A stretch of 64,000 bases of DNA from Chiloscyllium plagiosum (Eukaryota), in assembly GCF_004010195.1 (NCBI RefSeq), contig NC_057720.1, positions 22,390,197-22,454,196 on the forward strand, written 5' to 3'. How positions within the stretch are numbered: position 1 is the first letter of the stretch; each line of letters starts with the position of its first letter. Shown here piece after piece: positions 51,890 through 63,602 of the stretch. The translations under genes were made by a program, and so were the position numbers. The notes beneath the pieces were generated by a model, which had not been told where the DNA came from, made no database searches, and saw only the letters and a program-made list of their open reading frames with translations.

Positions 51890-52410
51890 GACCTGTGACC
51901 AGTGGCATGCCACAAGGATTCATGCTGGGTCCATTGCTTTTCATCATTTATATAAATTATCTGGATGTGAATGTAGGAGGTATGGTAAGTAAATTTGCAG
52001 ATTGCACCAAAATGTATGGTGAATTGGACAGCGAAGAAGGTTATCTCAGAGTACAATGGGACCATGATCAGATGGGCCAATGAGCCAAGGAATGGCAGAT
52101 GGGGTTCAATTTAGATAAATGTGAGATGTTGCATTTTGATAAGGCAAACCAGGGCAGGACTAATACACTTATGGGTAGGTCTTGGGGAATGTTGCTGAAT
52201 AAAGAGACCTGGGGTGCAGGTGCATAGCCCCTTGAAAGTGGAGTCATAGATAGACAGGGTGATGAAGAAAAAATTTGGCAAGCCTGCCTTCATTGGTCAG
52301 TGAATTGAGAATAGGAGTTGGGATGTCATATTGTGGCTGCACAGAACATCGGTGAGGCCACAATTGATACTGCATTCAATTCTGGTCGCTCTGCTATAAG
52401 AAAGAATGTT
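51890..52410 (+). mobile_element. CR1 RT fragment
   Basis: TSGMPQGFMLGPLLFIIYINYLD and SKFADCTK. Confidence 0.88.
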
Positions 52411-52426
52411 AGACCGTAAGGCCATA

Positions 52427-52555
52427 AGGAGAAAGTGAGGACTGCAGATGCTGGAGATCAGAGCTGAAAATGTGTTGCTGGAAAAGCGCAGCAGGTCAGG
52501 CAGCATCCAAGGAACAGTAGAATCGACGTTTCGGGCATAAGCCCTTCTTCAGGAA
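52427..52555 (-). mobile_element. Solo Penelope-like terminal repeat
   Basis: Nearly the reverse complement of 12126-12251. Confidence 0.85.
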
Positions 52556-52984
52556 GACCATAAGACATAGGAACAGAAATAAGGCTATTCAGCCCATCAA
52601 GTCTGCTCCACCATTCAATCATGGCTGACAAGTTTCTCAACCCCATTCACCCCGTAATCCTTGATCCCCTTGACAATCAAGAATCTATCTAACTCAGTTT
52701 CAAATATACTCAATGACCTAGCGTTCATAGCCTTCTATGTGGTGAATTCCACAGATTTGCCACAGTCTAGCTGAAGAAGTTTCTCCTTGTCTCCATTCTA
52801 AAAGGTCTGTCTTTACTTTTGCACAACTTCAGAAGGTGTCAGGGAACAGCTCTGAGACACATGCACCAAACAATTCCAGCGTCCTGTGGCCAACCACTTC
52901 TACTCCCCCTCCCACTCCAGCAAGGACATGCAAGTCCTGGGCCTCCTCCACTGCTAAATCCAAGCCACCTGACGCCTGGAGGAA

Positions 52985-53962
52985 GAACATAGAACATAGA
53001 ACAATACAGCACAGAACAGGCCCTTCGGCCCACGATGTTGTGCTGAACATTTGTCCTAGCTTAAGCACCCATCCATGTACCTATCCAATTGCCGCTTAAA
53101 GGTCACCAAAGATTCTGACTCTACCACTCCCACAGGCAGCGCATTCCATGCCTCCACCACTCTCTGGGTAAAGAACCCAACCCTGACATCTCCCCTATAC
53201 CTTCCACCCTTCACCTTAAATTTATGTCCCCTTGTAACACTCGGTTGTGCCCGGGGAAAAAGTTTCTGACTGTCTACTCTATCTATTCCTCTGATCATCT
53301 TATAAACCTCGATCAAGTCACCCCTCATCCTTCNNNNNNNNNNNNNNNNNNNNNNNNNNNNNNNNNNNNNNNNNNNNNNNNNNNNNNNNNNNNNNNNNNN
53401 NNNNNNNNNNNNNNNNNNNNNNNNNNNNNNNNNNNNNNNNNNNNNNNNNNNNNNNNNNNNNNNNNNNNNNNNNNNNNNNNNNNNNNNNNNNNNNNNNNNN
53501 NNNNNNNNNNNNNNNNNNNNNNNNNNNNNNNNNNNNNNNNNNNNNNNNNNNNNNNNNNNNNNNNNNNNNNNNNNNNNNNNNNNNNNNNNNNNNNNNNNNN
53601 NNNNNNNNNNNNNNNNNNNNNNNNNNNNNNNNNNNNNNNNNNNNNNNNNNNNNNNNNNNNNNNNNNNNNNNNNNNNNNNNNNNNNNNNNNNNNNNNNNNN
53701 NNNNNNNNNNNNNNNNNNNNNNNNNNNNNNNNNNNNNNNNNNNNNNNNNNNNNNNNNNNNNNNNNNNNNNNNNNNNNNNNNNNNNNNGCTGAATATTTAC
53801 CATCTACCACCACTCTCTGACTTCGACCGGTTAGCCAGTTTTCTATCCAATTGGCCAAATTTCCCTCTATCCCATGCCTCCTGACTTTCCGCATAAGCCT
53901 ACCATGGGGAACCTTATCAAATGCCTTACTAAAATCCATGTATACTACATCCACTGCTCTAC
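52985..53962 (-). mobile_element. Young CR1 LINE spanning a gap, inserted into a PLE fragment
   Basis: AVDVVYMDFSKAFDKVPHGRL, MRGDLIEVYKMI and a (GAACATA)n tail. PLE sequence on both sides joins up (..CTGGAGGAAGAAC | CTCATTTTCCGCCTTGGGACCC..). Confidence 0.9.
53334..53787. other. Assembly gap (454 N)
   Basis: N run. Confidence 1.
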
Positions 53963-54370
53963 CCTCATTTTCCGCCTTGGGACCCTCCAACCACACGGTA
54001 TCAATATCGACTTCACCAGTTTTCTCATCTCCCCTCCCCTGACCTCATCCCAGATCCAATTTGGCCCCACACTCTTGAACTGTCCTACCTGTCCATCTCC
54101 GTTCTCGCCTACCTGCTCCACTCTCCCCTCTGACCTATCACTATCACCTTAATCTGCACCTACTTATCACCACCCCAGGGGCCTTCTCCACAGCCCCACC
54201 CTCCTATAAATCTCTCAGCCCTCTTAAACCCCCACCAACATTCCTGATCAAGGGCTTATGCCCGAAACATCGATTCTCCTGCTCCTTGGATGCTGCCTGA
54301 CCTGCTGTGTTTTCCAGTGCCACACATTTCAACCCTGATCTCCAGCATTTGCAGTCCTCACTTTCTCCTA
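53963..54370 (+). mobile_element. Penelope-like 3' end and terminal repeat (continues from ~52850-52985)
   Basis: Colinear with 17140-17512. Confidence 0.85.
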
Positions 54371-55587
54371 GTGTGGAGGAATGCACAGCACTGATGGAAG
54401 AAGGTCAATGTACATCTGCACTCTGCCAGTTTAGTACCACTGTCTTCTCCCCAATACCGCACATCACTCAGTTGCAGCCTGCACCAGCCCCGCTCACTTG
54501 CTCTCACCCATTCCAAATTGTGACAGCACTAACCCTGCATGACCTCAGTGCTACCTACTCACTTGCCTGGGACACCTCCCCACTTACACCAATAGTAATA
54601 CCTAGGTCACCCAATTTTAACTCCTGTAATACCTGCCTGTTTCTCAATCCAGGATGCAAGTAGCCCACAGTAGGGTAGAAAGAATCCAATTGGGTGGTGG
54701 GCTGCTTGGCCTTCAGCTCTCCATGGAAAGGAACCTGATTCTCACTGTCCTGAGCAAGCTGTGGACTGGGAGCAGAGGCTGCCATGACATCACTGTACTG
54801 GGATTCCCCCAAGCAAAATCTATTTCCCTTGACTTCACTGAGACCTCCCGATGACTATAACAATCTTTCTGGCTTTGTGTCTGTGCTAAATGCCAAGGCA
54901 AGACAGAATTTACATGAACTTGGCATCTCCGACAGAAAGGGCAAAGCTCAAAAAGAAAAGGCAAGACAATGCAAGCCAGGGATGCTGTGACAATGCAGGG
55001 AGGATCAGATTGAGCCCTGTGAGAGTAAGTGCCAAGAGATGCAGCCTGGTCTACTCCATGAGCTGAATGTGTGCCCTTGATGTCATGGTGGTAGCTGATG
55101 GTGCAGCCCAAGGTGCAGAAACATCCTTTAAGTGCCATGAGAGTTCAGAGAGGCTGGCACATGTTTGATGCCAATGACGATGGATATGGAATGCATGCAG
55201 CTGGTGCCCCGGACCGTGCCCTGAGATGTTGGTGCCCAGGGTCCAACACGGAGGTCCTTTGGAGCAAGAGGCAAATTGAATCCACGAGGTATCTACATTG
55301 GCTTTCTTGAGTTTTCTTGATATTGAGTCTGTTTGGCACATTTGCTAAGATGAGAGGCTAATTGCTAATGAGTCAAGTTGAACTGGCAACAAATCATTTA
55401 ACAATTAACAATAATTGTCAGTTGGCAACCTGCTATTCCCTGGTGAGAATCTCATCAAGCCCCTTGTGAAAAGCATAAAAGGCAGCATGAGTTATTCCTG
55501 ACATTGTTACTCCTGCACTTGTCATCCAGTTCTGCACATGCCTCACCAAAATCCATGTCATTTGGATCGCTATAAAATTCTGCCCCC
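54371..55587 (+). mobile_element. Harbinger-like non-autonomous relic (Myb/SANT fragment, putative right TIR AAAATTCTGCCC)
   Basis: GTGTGGAGGAATGCACAGCACTGATGGAAGAAGGTCAATG (VWRNAQH*WKKVN) matches the 43550 relic. TIR-like end at 55574-55586. Confidence 0.45.
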
Positions 55588-55882
55588 AAACTGTGTTTCT
55601 TTCACCACTCATGCTGCCTGACCAATTGAGTACTTCTAGCGATTCCTGGTTCTTTAATCAGTCATGTGCACAGTAGCCCTGAACTAGTACAGAACTGTTC
55701 GCCAGGGTTAGAATCCAGCACCACAGAAGAAAACAGTTTGACAAATTGCCCAGAAATGTTACAATGTGGACACCAATGCTATCTAATAATGTAATAGCTC
55801 AGGAGAAAACAAGTCACAATTATCTTTTATGCTTTGTTAAAGCTTCTCATAAATAAATTTAGGAAATATTTATGTGGCATAC

Positions 55883-56093
55883 CTGAAGAATCACTCAGAA
55901 TGGATCCAAATGCACTGATGACAACGTTTGCTTTTAAGCGAATAATTTGGTCTTCATCTTCAATCCAATCTCCAAGATCATTCTGCTCTGTACGAACAAA
56001 CTCAATTGCAGAAATGCGCTGACCTTTCAGAATAATCCTTCTTGGTGACATGTAAGGCAAAAACTCGCATCTTTCTTCTTTTGCTAGTTCCAT
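55883..56093 (-). CDS. DPYD: Dihydropyrimidine dehydrogenase, internal coding exon (equivalent to human exon 11)
   Basis: Translates to [70 protein letters not shown], recognisably DPYD (human MELAKEEKCEFLPF...[12 protein letters not shown]). Acceptor ...CTATTAG|ATG at 56094-56095 and donor TCAG|GTATG at 55881-55882. Length 211 bp, ending in phase 1. Confidence 0.97.
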
Positions 56094-56298
56094 CTAATAG
56101 ACAATTGCAAGAGGCAGAAACAACATTGTTCAGCACAGAACAACCTTGACCTTCATGCTAATATTAGAGTGCATCTCTGAACGCATGCATCAATCTACAA
56201 ACACTGGACATTGTGCAGAATCTACGTTTGTGGAAATGTACTGTAATTTATTCCATGCCATTTTTCTTACTGTTGGCATTTCACCTCCCAAACAGTGA

Positions 56299-56754
56299 GA
56301 GCAGAATTTTCAGAGGCCGATGGAAATAAGAATGGAAGTGGTGGGCTTGCTTGCTGGGACATCTATTTGCCAGGACCATCCTGCTCATGAGTCTTTTTTG
56401 GGAGAGGCTTGGTGTAAAGGCAGATGGTCTAACCATATTCAATTGTTAGGAATTTACAACGAATCCGCAAACTAGAGTCAACTGGAAATTTCCCGTTTAA
56501 TCAGCCTTGGGCTTCTCAAGACATTAAGGGCATGGCAGTTACCTGGCCATTCGATGATACATTGGGAAGGGTCCAGCATTCCAGGAAGACTTTGAGGCCC
56601 TTCCACACCTATTTGGCCACAGTTACAGCTGTTAATTGATTATCAAGCACGCCCATGACATCAGACTAACCAATCTCGGAAACATCAATGTCAGGTTAAG
56701 GTCCACATTTGACCTCAACACAGACGTCCTGATCCAATGTGCAAAATCCTGCCC
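56299..56754. mobile_element. MITE-like element with degenerate terminal inverted repeats
   Basis: Left end GAGCAGAATTTTC; right end CAAAATCCTGCCC (reverse complement GGGCAGGATTTTG). Confidence 0.5.
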
Positions 56755-57927
56755 AGGATTTGTCTTAGAAGTTATATGATTTTATTTAAAACAAAAATGC
56801 CCAAGTTCCCCCTCTAGTGTCTGCATAAGGACACTCCAACCTTCCAATCAATACACTGACATTTCCCAAAACAAAACCTTCCAAAATATAACAAATATAA
56901 TATTAAAGAAAATCACAGTTTAGGTACGAATGAGGTCTCCTATTCCTGAAAGGGGCATTACAAACTGTCAGATGGCTGCTTTATCTAGGTCTGAACTTTT
57001 AAAATCAATACTGCTTTCAGTCTGCATGAATACCAGTAATGATGAGATTTGCACAATGGTAGTATTTTCTTGAAGATAAACACCTTTCTGGTCATTTGAG
57101 TTGTTATAGTTGAAACAATTCAACAATTCAGAGTGCAAATAGTTTGTATGAGATTCTTCACAAGGACATGATCACCAAAACTGATTTCATCAGGCTCGGC
57201 GCAGCATTTCAAACAGCATTATCCTTCACTTCTGCCTGAGCCTTGTGATTTTTCTTTACAATCTTATCGTTTTAGTTGCATGTGACAGCATGAGGTACTG
57301 TGATTCTTAATTTGTGATGGAGCATAGTTGTTGCAGTTTCTTCACCCATAGTGCAGTGAGGCAGAGATGGTAGTTATTTACACAGGAATTGCCTGCACTA
57401 TTACTGCCAAGATAAAGTGTCCAACTGAGCAGTCTGAACACATTTCTTGATTGCTTTCATGAATCTCTGAGCCTTAGAGCTTGTGGATGGCCATTATGGT
57501 GCTATTTAATGGCAGTGAAATCCAAGTCACTCTGCAAATTGCTGTGACTCTGAACTCAGCAATTGAGATTCATGTAATAGTAGCTCTCGCAGCTGGAAGT
57601 TTGGTTACATGAGCTTGCCAGAAATTAGGATAAATGATCAACGATTAAGAGTTATTTTCCTAATGGAAGGTATTTTTAAATATCAAAAGTCAATTTCTTT
57701 AATAAGGATAATCAGGTGGATTGGGTTTGCAGTTTTGTGTGAGCAGTTGTCACTCGACAGCAAAGATATCTTTCACGAGCTTCTTCTGTTTTATGTGTAA
57801 GTGTATGTCTAATATGTTATGCAGGAATCACACTTGAACCCTGAGAAAGTCTTTGGTTTCCATCATATTCTGATGATCAAGGCGAGTGAGACAGCTTACT
57901 CTATCTATGAGGTTGTCTCCTTGCGCA

Positions 57928-58624
57928 TGTTATGAAGGTGTAGAAGTGTAGAGTAGAAGTGTAGTTCCTTTAAAAGAGTTAAAGGCACCAGAACTACCTG
58001 ACAGCACCAAGTGTTCTGAAAAAAAGACATAAGGTAACCTTTTGGTCCAGCAATTAGTGTAGCTGGTTGCTTGGAGACAAAAACAGATTTGAATTAGGCC
58101 AATCAGTTTAAATTATACCCCAAAAAATACCAAACTCCAATCAACTTTGAATTTTAAAAGCTAATAACACAATCCAATGCTTTGAGGGTATAAGGCTGAG
58201 GAAAATTGGACAGTTGAGAGGAGAACTGCCAAGTCAATGACATCTGCAAATTGTCCAGAGAATAGCTCTTTTAAATGTACCTTTATCGATCAGTAACCTG
58301 TGAAGCAGAATCCCCAAGAAGACAGGAATATAGAGAAGAACCAAAAGCTGCTCGGTTTTGAGATAAAAATTTTTGTTTTGTAAATCTTAATCGTGAGTTT
58401 TATCAAACTCGTATTATAGAAGGTAAGGTAAAAGATAGGTTAGAGGAAGGATAATAAATAGTTGTTAGTTAATTATTCTCTGTTATAATTTAAGAAATAA
58501 AGTTGTTCACTTTTACTTTAAATAGTTCTTGGCCTCTTGAATTTTCACAGATTACTGCATGGGATAAACCTTTTCTGTGTTGCTGGTTTAAATTAAGCAG
58601 GAGGGTTTATCCTGTGTCGCAACA
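57928..58624 (+). repeat. 5' LTR (697 bp, TGTT...AACA)
   Basis: Aligns with 63603 onward. Contains TATAA (58189) and AATAAA (58496). Followed by a degenerate tRNA-Pro-like PBS (TAGAGGTTTGTCGTTAGGAT vs TGGGGGCTCGTCCGGGAT). Confidence 0.9.
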
Positions 58625-58802
58625 GTTTAGAGGTTTGTCGTTAGGATTTCAATTGGATTAGATAGATTTGAATGATTTGGGGGTATGAAAAATCCCAGCA
58701 GATTTAAACACCTGCAGGATAGTGTCCGAGATCTTTAAATAAAATGTAGTAGAGGCAATTTGTTTTGGTAACTTGTGGTTGATTAAATTAAAAGTGAGAG
58801 AA

Positions 58803-60010
58803 ATGACTCTGAAATTTGTGAAAGAGGTTCTGGGATTTGAAGATGATTCTCAAATTTGCTAAGAAAGTTCAGAAGAAAAGAAAAAAGCCACACTTTTAAA
58901 ATTAGCAAATAAATTAGATTTGGATTTAACCAAGGACAAAAGTAAAGCTGAAATTGTAAGGGAGATTCTGAAACACTTAAGTGTATCAGAGAAACAGACA
59001 AGTGCAGGAGAGGTACAAGAACTTAAATTACAATTGAGGAAAATGGAGTTATAGGATAAACAAAGAGAGAGAGAGAGAAAATGAGAGAAGAGAGAGACAG
59101 AGGAAACAGAGAGAGAGAAGGTTCTTGGCTGACCAAAAAGAAAGAGAAGAAAGGGAGAGAGAAGAAAGGAAGAAAGAGAGAGAGAGAAGAAAGGGAGAGA
59201 GAAAGAGAGAGAGGAGAGAGAGAGAGGAAACAGAAAGAGAGAGAAGGTTCTTAGCTGAGCAAAATGAGAGAGAATTTGAACCTGAGAAGTTGCGACTCAG
59301 TCAGCAAAGTCAAGTTAACAGGATGGAGATAAAAAGAGAAGGTAGTGATGTATACAAACATGTCACGACTCTCCCACATTTTGATGAGAAAGATATTAAA
59401 GCTTTCTTTATTTCATTTGAAAAATTGGCTGGGCAGATGGAGTGGTCCGTGGATTTATGGATAATGCTAGTTCTGATTAAACTGGTAGGTTGAGCTGATG
59501 AGGTATTTGCCGCACTGTCTGATGAATTGTCAAGACATTATGAAGAGGTTAAACAGGCTATTTTGAGTGCTTATGAATTGGTACCAGAAGCATATAGACA
59601 GCAGTTCAGAAACACAAAGAAGGAACTAGGTCAGACTTACATTGAGTCCAAAAGAATTAGATAGTCATTTTGATCGATGGGTGCGTGCTTTGAAAATAGA
59701 TAAGATCTTTGAGGCTGTAAGAGGGATTATTCTGCTGGAGGTGTTTAAAAACTCGTTCCCAGAAATCCAAGGATGCTGCCTGACCTGCTGCGCTTTTCCA
59801 GCAACACATTTTCAGCATAAAACTAGCTTCCAGCCAGAATTTCATCCGATGAGGGATAGAAGTTGGGAGGAGGAGAGATCCTACACTCCACTACACTTCT
59901 AGTAAGAATTTACTACAGGATAATAAAGAAGCCCATGAGTGTGGAAAGAAGGTGAAAGGCCTCAGGTGCTTTGACTGTGGTAAAGTGTGACACATAAAGT
60001 CACAGTGCTG
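58803..60010 (+). pseudogene. gag relic (E/R coiled coil, SCAN-like capsid, zinc knuckle)
   Basis: LPHFDEKDIKAFFISFEKLA, YELVPEAYRQQFR and CFDCGKV*HIKSQC at 59967-60008. Confidence 0.8.
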
Positions 60011-60145
60011 GTCGTTACAGAAAGGCACTGTGGTAGAAGATGTGGTAAAAGAAGCTAAGCCAGTGGCATTAGTAAAAGTAGTAAAGGAGACCCCAAGAAG
60101 AGCCGAGAAGCTGCAGGAGAGTGCAAGCCGAGGCAGGGGCTGGGT

Positions 60146-63100
60146 ATGAAGTTAGTACCTGATCTCTACAAAGAATTCTCCTCTGTGGGTAAAGTTTACT
60201 CAGAAACAACAGGGAGAAAAGGACAAGAAGTTATAATTTTGAGAGATACAGGATCTAACCAGTTGCTGATAGTAAGGGATGAGCGAGTATGCACTGATTC
60301 TGATCTGTTACCCATGAGTGTGGTAATTTATGGGATAGATGGACAGAAATTTAGCGTTCCCCTATATAAGATCATGCTGGAGTGCCAACTGAAGACTGAG
60401 GAAGTTACAGTGGGAATGATTGACACAGTGTCAGTCCCAAGAATTCAGTTTGTTCTTGGGAATGATTTGGCAGGGTCCAGGATGGGAGTAACACCCCTTG
60501 TTTTGGAGAAGTCCAAGGAAGACCAAGGAACTGAGGAGTTCAACAGAAATATTCTGGTATTTTCCCAAACTGTGTGGTAACCAGATCCCACTATCATAAG
60601 TTAAAGCATGAAGCAAACAGTAAAGAGATAGATGAAGGAGTTGATGTTCAGTTAGCGGACACCCTGTTTGATGTAATGGTGCAGAAAAAACCTGAACAAG
60701 CAGAGGGTCAGACAGAAGTGGTTAGTCCTGAAAAGCTAAGGGACTTGCAACAGCAAGACAAGACGATAAAAGATATATATGTGGATGAAAAGGAGGCAGA
60801 AAATATTCCGGAGGGTTATCTGAAAGGTACAATCCTAAGGTGGAAATGGAGACCATGCCAGGTTAGTGCAGAGAAGAAATGGGCCAAAGTGCACCAGATT
60901 GTGTTGCCGGTAGCATACAGACAGGGGGGTCTTACAGGTAGCGCATGAACTACCTGTAGGAGGTCACCTAGGTGTAAGAAAGACTCAGGCTAAGGTATAA
61001 AAGTATTTTTATTGGCCTGGAATGCACAAAGATGTGGTTAACTTTTGCTGTACGTGTCATACATGCCAAAGGGTAGGTAAGTCACAGGTGTTAATAAAAC
61101 CAGCATCTTTGTTGTCAATTCCCACATTTGAAGAACTTTTCACATGGGTTATAATTCATTATGTAGGTCCCCTCCCGAGAACTAAAAGTGGGAACTAGTA
61201 CTTGTTAACCATAACAGATGTGTCTACCAGATGTCTGGAGGCAATTTCATTACGGAGTATCAAGGTAAAAAGGGTAGTAGAGGAGTTAGTAGCTTTTTTC
61301 ACACGGTATGGGCTACCTAGAGAGATTCAGTCGAACCAAGGGTCAAATTTCACTGCTAGGCTATTTAAGCAGGTTATGGATAGCTTAGGTATACAACAGT
61401 TTAAATCCATCCTGAATCCCATGGAACCTTAGAAAGATGGCATCAGACCTTGAAGACCATGTTGAGAGGGTACTGTCAGGACTACCCAAATGATTGGGAT
61501 AAAGATATTCCATTCGTATTGTTTGCCATTAGAGATGCACCAAACGAATTAATGCTTTGAGAAGCCCTTTGAAATTAATTAAAGAAAAATTGACAGGACC
61601 AAAGTTGGAGATCTTACACTTAGATTATGTATCAAAAGTAAGGGAGAGACTAAATCGAGTAGGTGAGTTAGCTAAACAGCATCTAAAGAGAGCACAGTGT
61701 AGACTGAAGCAGGAGGCTGATAAAAACTCTGAGACTTGTCCGTTTTCCTGAGGGGATGACGTGTTAGTACTGTCACCAGTGATAGGAGATCCCTTCAAAG
61801 CCAGGTTTAGTGGTCCCTATCAAATTGAGAAAAAGTTGAGTCAGGTGAACTATCTTGTAAAGATGCCAGATAGACACAAAGGTATCAAGTATGTTATGTG
61901 AACATGTTGAAACCGTATTATACTAGAGAGAAAGAACTGGAGAAACAGGTGGTAGTTACTGCACTGCAAAGTGAGGAACCAAATCCAGATGATGTGGATT
62001 ATGAATTATATATTAAAAGATGAAAAAGTCGTTGAGGAGTGGGATAAGTTAGTAAGCTATCTGTTCTCAGGAGCATAGAACACAGTTGAAAGATTTTTTA
62101 CTGCAGTATAAGGACATATTTAAGACTCAGATGGGGAGGACAAATACTATTGTATGTGAAGTAGACATAGGGAATACTTCTCCGATAAAATAACATCCAT
62201 ATCAGCTTAATCCTTTCAAAGCCAGATAGGTCCAGATGGAGGTGGAGGCCATGCTTGACGAGGACATCATCGAACCTAGCTACAGCGAGTGGAGTTTGTC
62301 AATCATCTGAGTTCCCAAACCAGATGGGACTCAACAATTCTGCATGGATTATTGGAAGGTCAATGCCAATACAAAATCGACCCATATCCAATTCCTAGAT
62401 TGGAAGACTTATCGAGAAATTTGGACAAGCCAGTTACATCACCAAGTTGGAATTACTGCATAGTTACTGGCAGGTACCTTTATCAGAGATGGCGAAATAT
62501 GTTTCTGCATCCGTAACCCCAAATGGACTATAGCAGTTTAAAGTGATGCCCTTTGGAATGACGAACGCACCCGCCACATTCCAAAGACTCATGAACAAAG
62601 TTGTGGCTGGGTTAACTAACTGTGCAGTCTATGTGGAAGATGTAGTGATCTTTAGTAAGATCTGGAAAGGTCACATGGTACAGTTGGCTGAACTCTTTGA
62701 ATGACTATGAGAAGCAAAACTAGTGATAAACTTAATAAAACTGAATACGCAAAAGCAGAAGTGACGTGCTTAGGACATAACAATGGTCATGGAAGGTTCA
62801 CCTCACAGGACTCAAGAATTTAGGCCATTGAGGAATTTCCATGACCAACCTTGAAGAAAGAGGTGCTTTGATTCTTGGGACTCAGCGGATTCTATCGGAA
62901 GTTTGTTCCAAACTTCAGTAGTATAGTGGCACCGTTAACCGACTTGCCGACGAAGAACACAAAGTTTCAGTGGTTAGAACAATGCCAGGAAGCATTCAAC
63001 CATTTGAATGCGATATTAAACACCAAACTGGTTTCAGCTAGACCAAACTTTTCAAAATCTTTTATAGTCACCATCGATGCTAGTGACATAGAAGTTGGAG

Positions 63101-63414
63101 CTGTACTCCTACAGGAAGATGAGGATGGGATTGAACTTCCAGTTGGTTACTTTTTGAAGAAGATGAACATCTACCAGAGGAAATACTCCACAACTGAAAA
63201 GGAACTAATGAGTTTGGTCCTGGCTTTACAGCATTTTACTGTGTATGTCACGGACAATGTGTCGGAGACGGTTGTGTACACTGACCACAATCCACTTACA
63301 CTCTTGGAATGCTTTAAAGACAAGAATATGAGACTATTTCTTTGGAGTCTTATGTTACAGACTTTTAATTTAAAAATTGTACATATAATCTCAGATGCGT
63401 TATTGCAGATTTAA
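60146..63414 (+). pseudogene. pol relic in the order protease - integrase - RT - RNase H
   Basis: ILRDTGS (~60235); HELPVGGHLG..FYWPG..CHTC (60944-61069); YGLPREIQSNQGSNF (~61310); FSGPY (~61807); [17 protein letters not shown] (~62543); VYVED (~62627); DAS..GAVL, YSTTEKE and TDHNPL (63070-63300). Confidence 0.92.
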
Positions 63415-63602
63415 CTGACAAAGTTGAGATGAGACTTGTATTTAGTTAATGTTATATATATATCCATACGGGTATATGGGAAGGACTTAAGGTGAACTTT
63501 GATTAAAGTTATCTGTATGTTAGGGTAATGTGTTTAAAGAATAGAAAAAAATGAAGCCATCTTTTCATTATGATGGTTCTTTTTTTTCTTAAGGGGGTGA
63601 TG

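Larger units (their letters stand above)
27206..55882 (-). other. DPYD: DPYD intron (28,677 bp, GT-AG, phase 1)
   Basis: Lies between the two exons, which join in frame as contiguous DPYD protein (..SDSS-VKEA..). Confidence 0.93.

Noticed and set aside
53224..53996. Long ORFs containing X runs (also 31546-32148)
   Set aside because: Artefacts of N gaps inside CR1 copies.
59125..59493. E/R-rich ORF as a possible host gene
   Set aside because: Part of the retrotransposon gag with a GA-rich low-complexity expansion.
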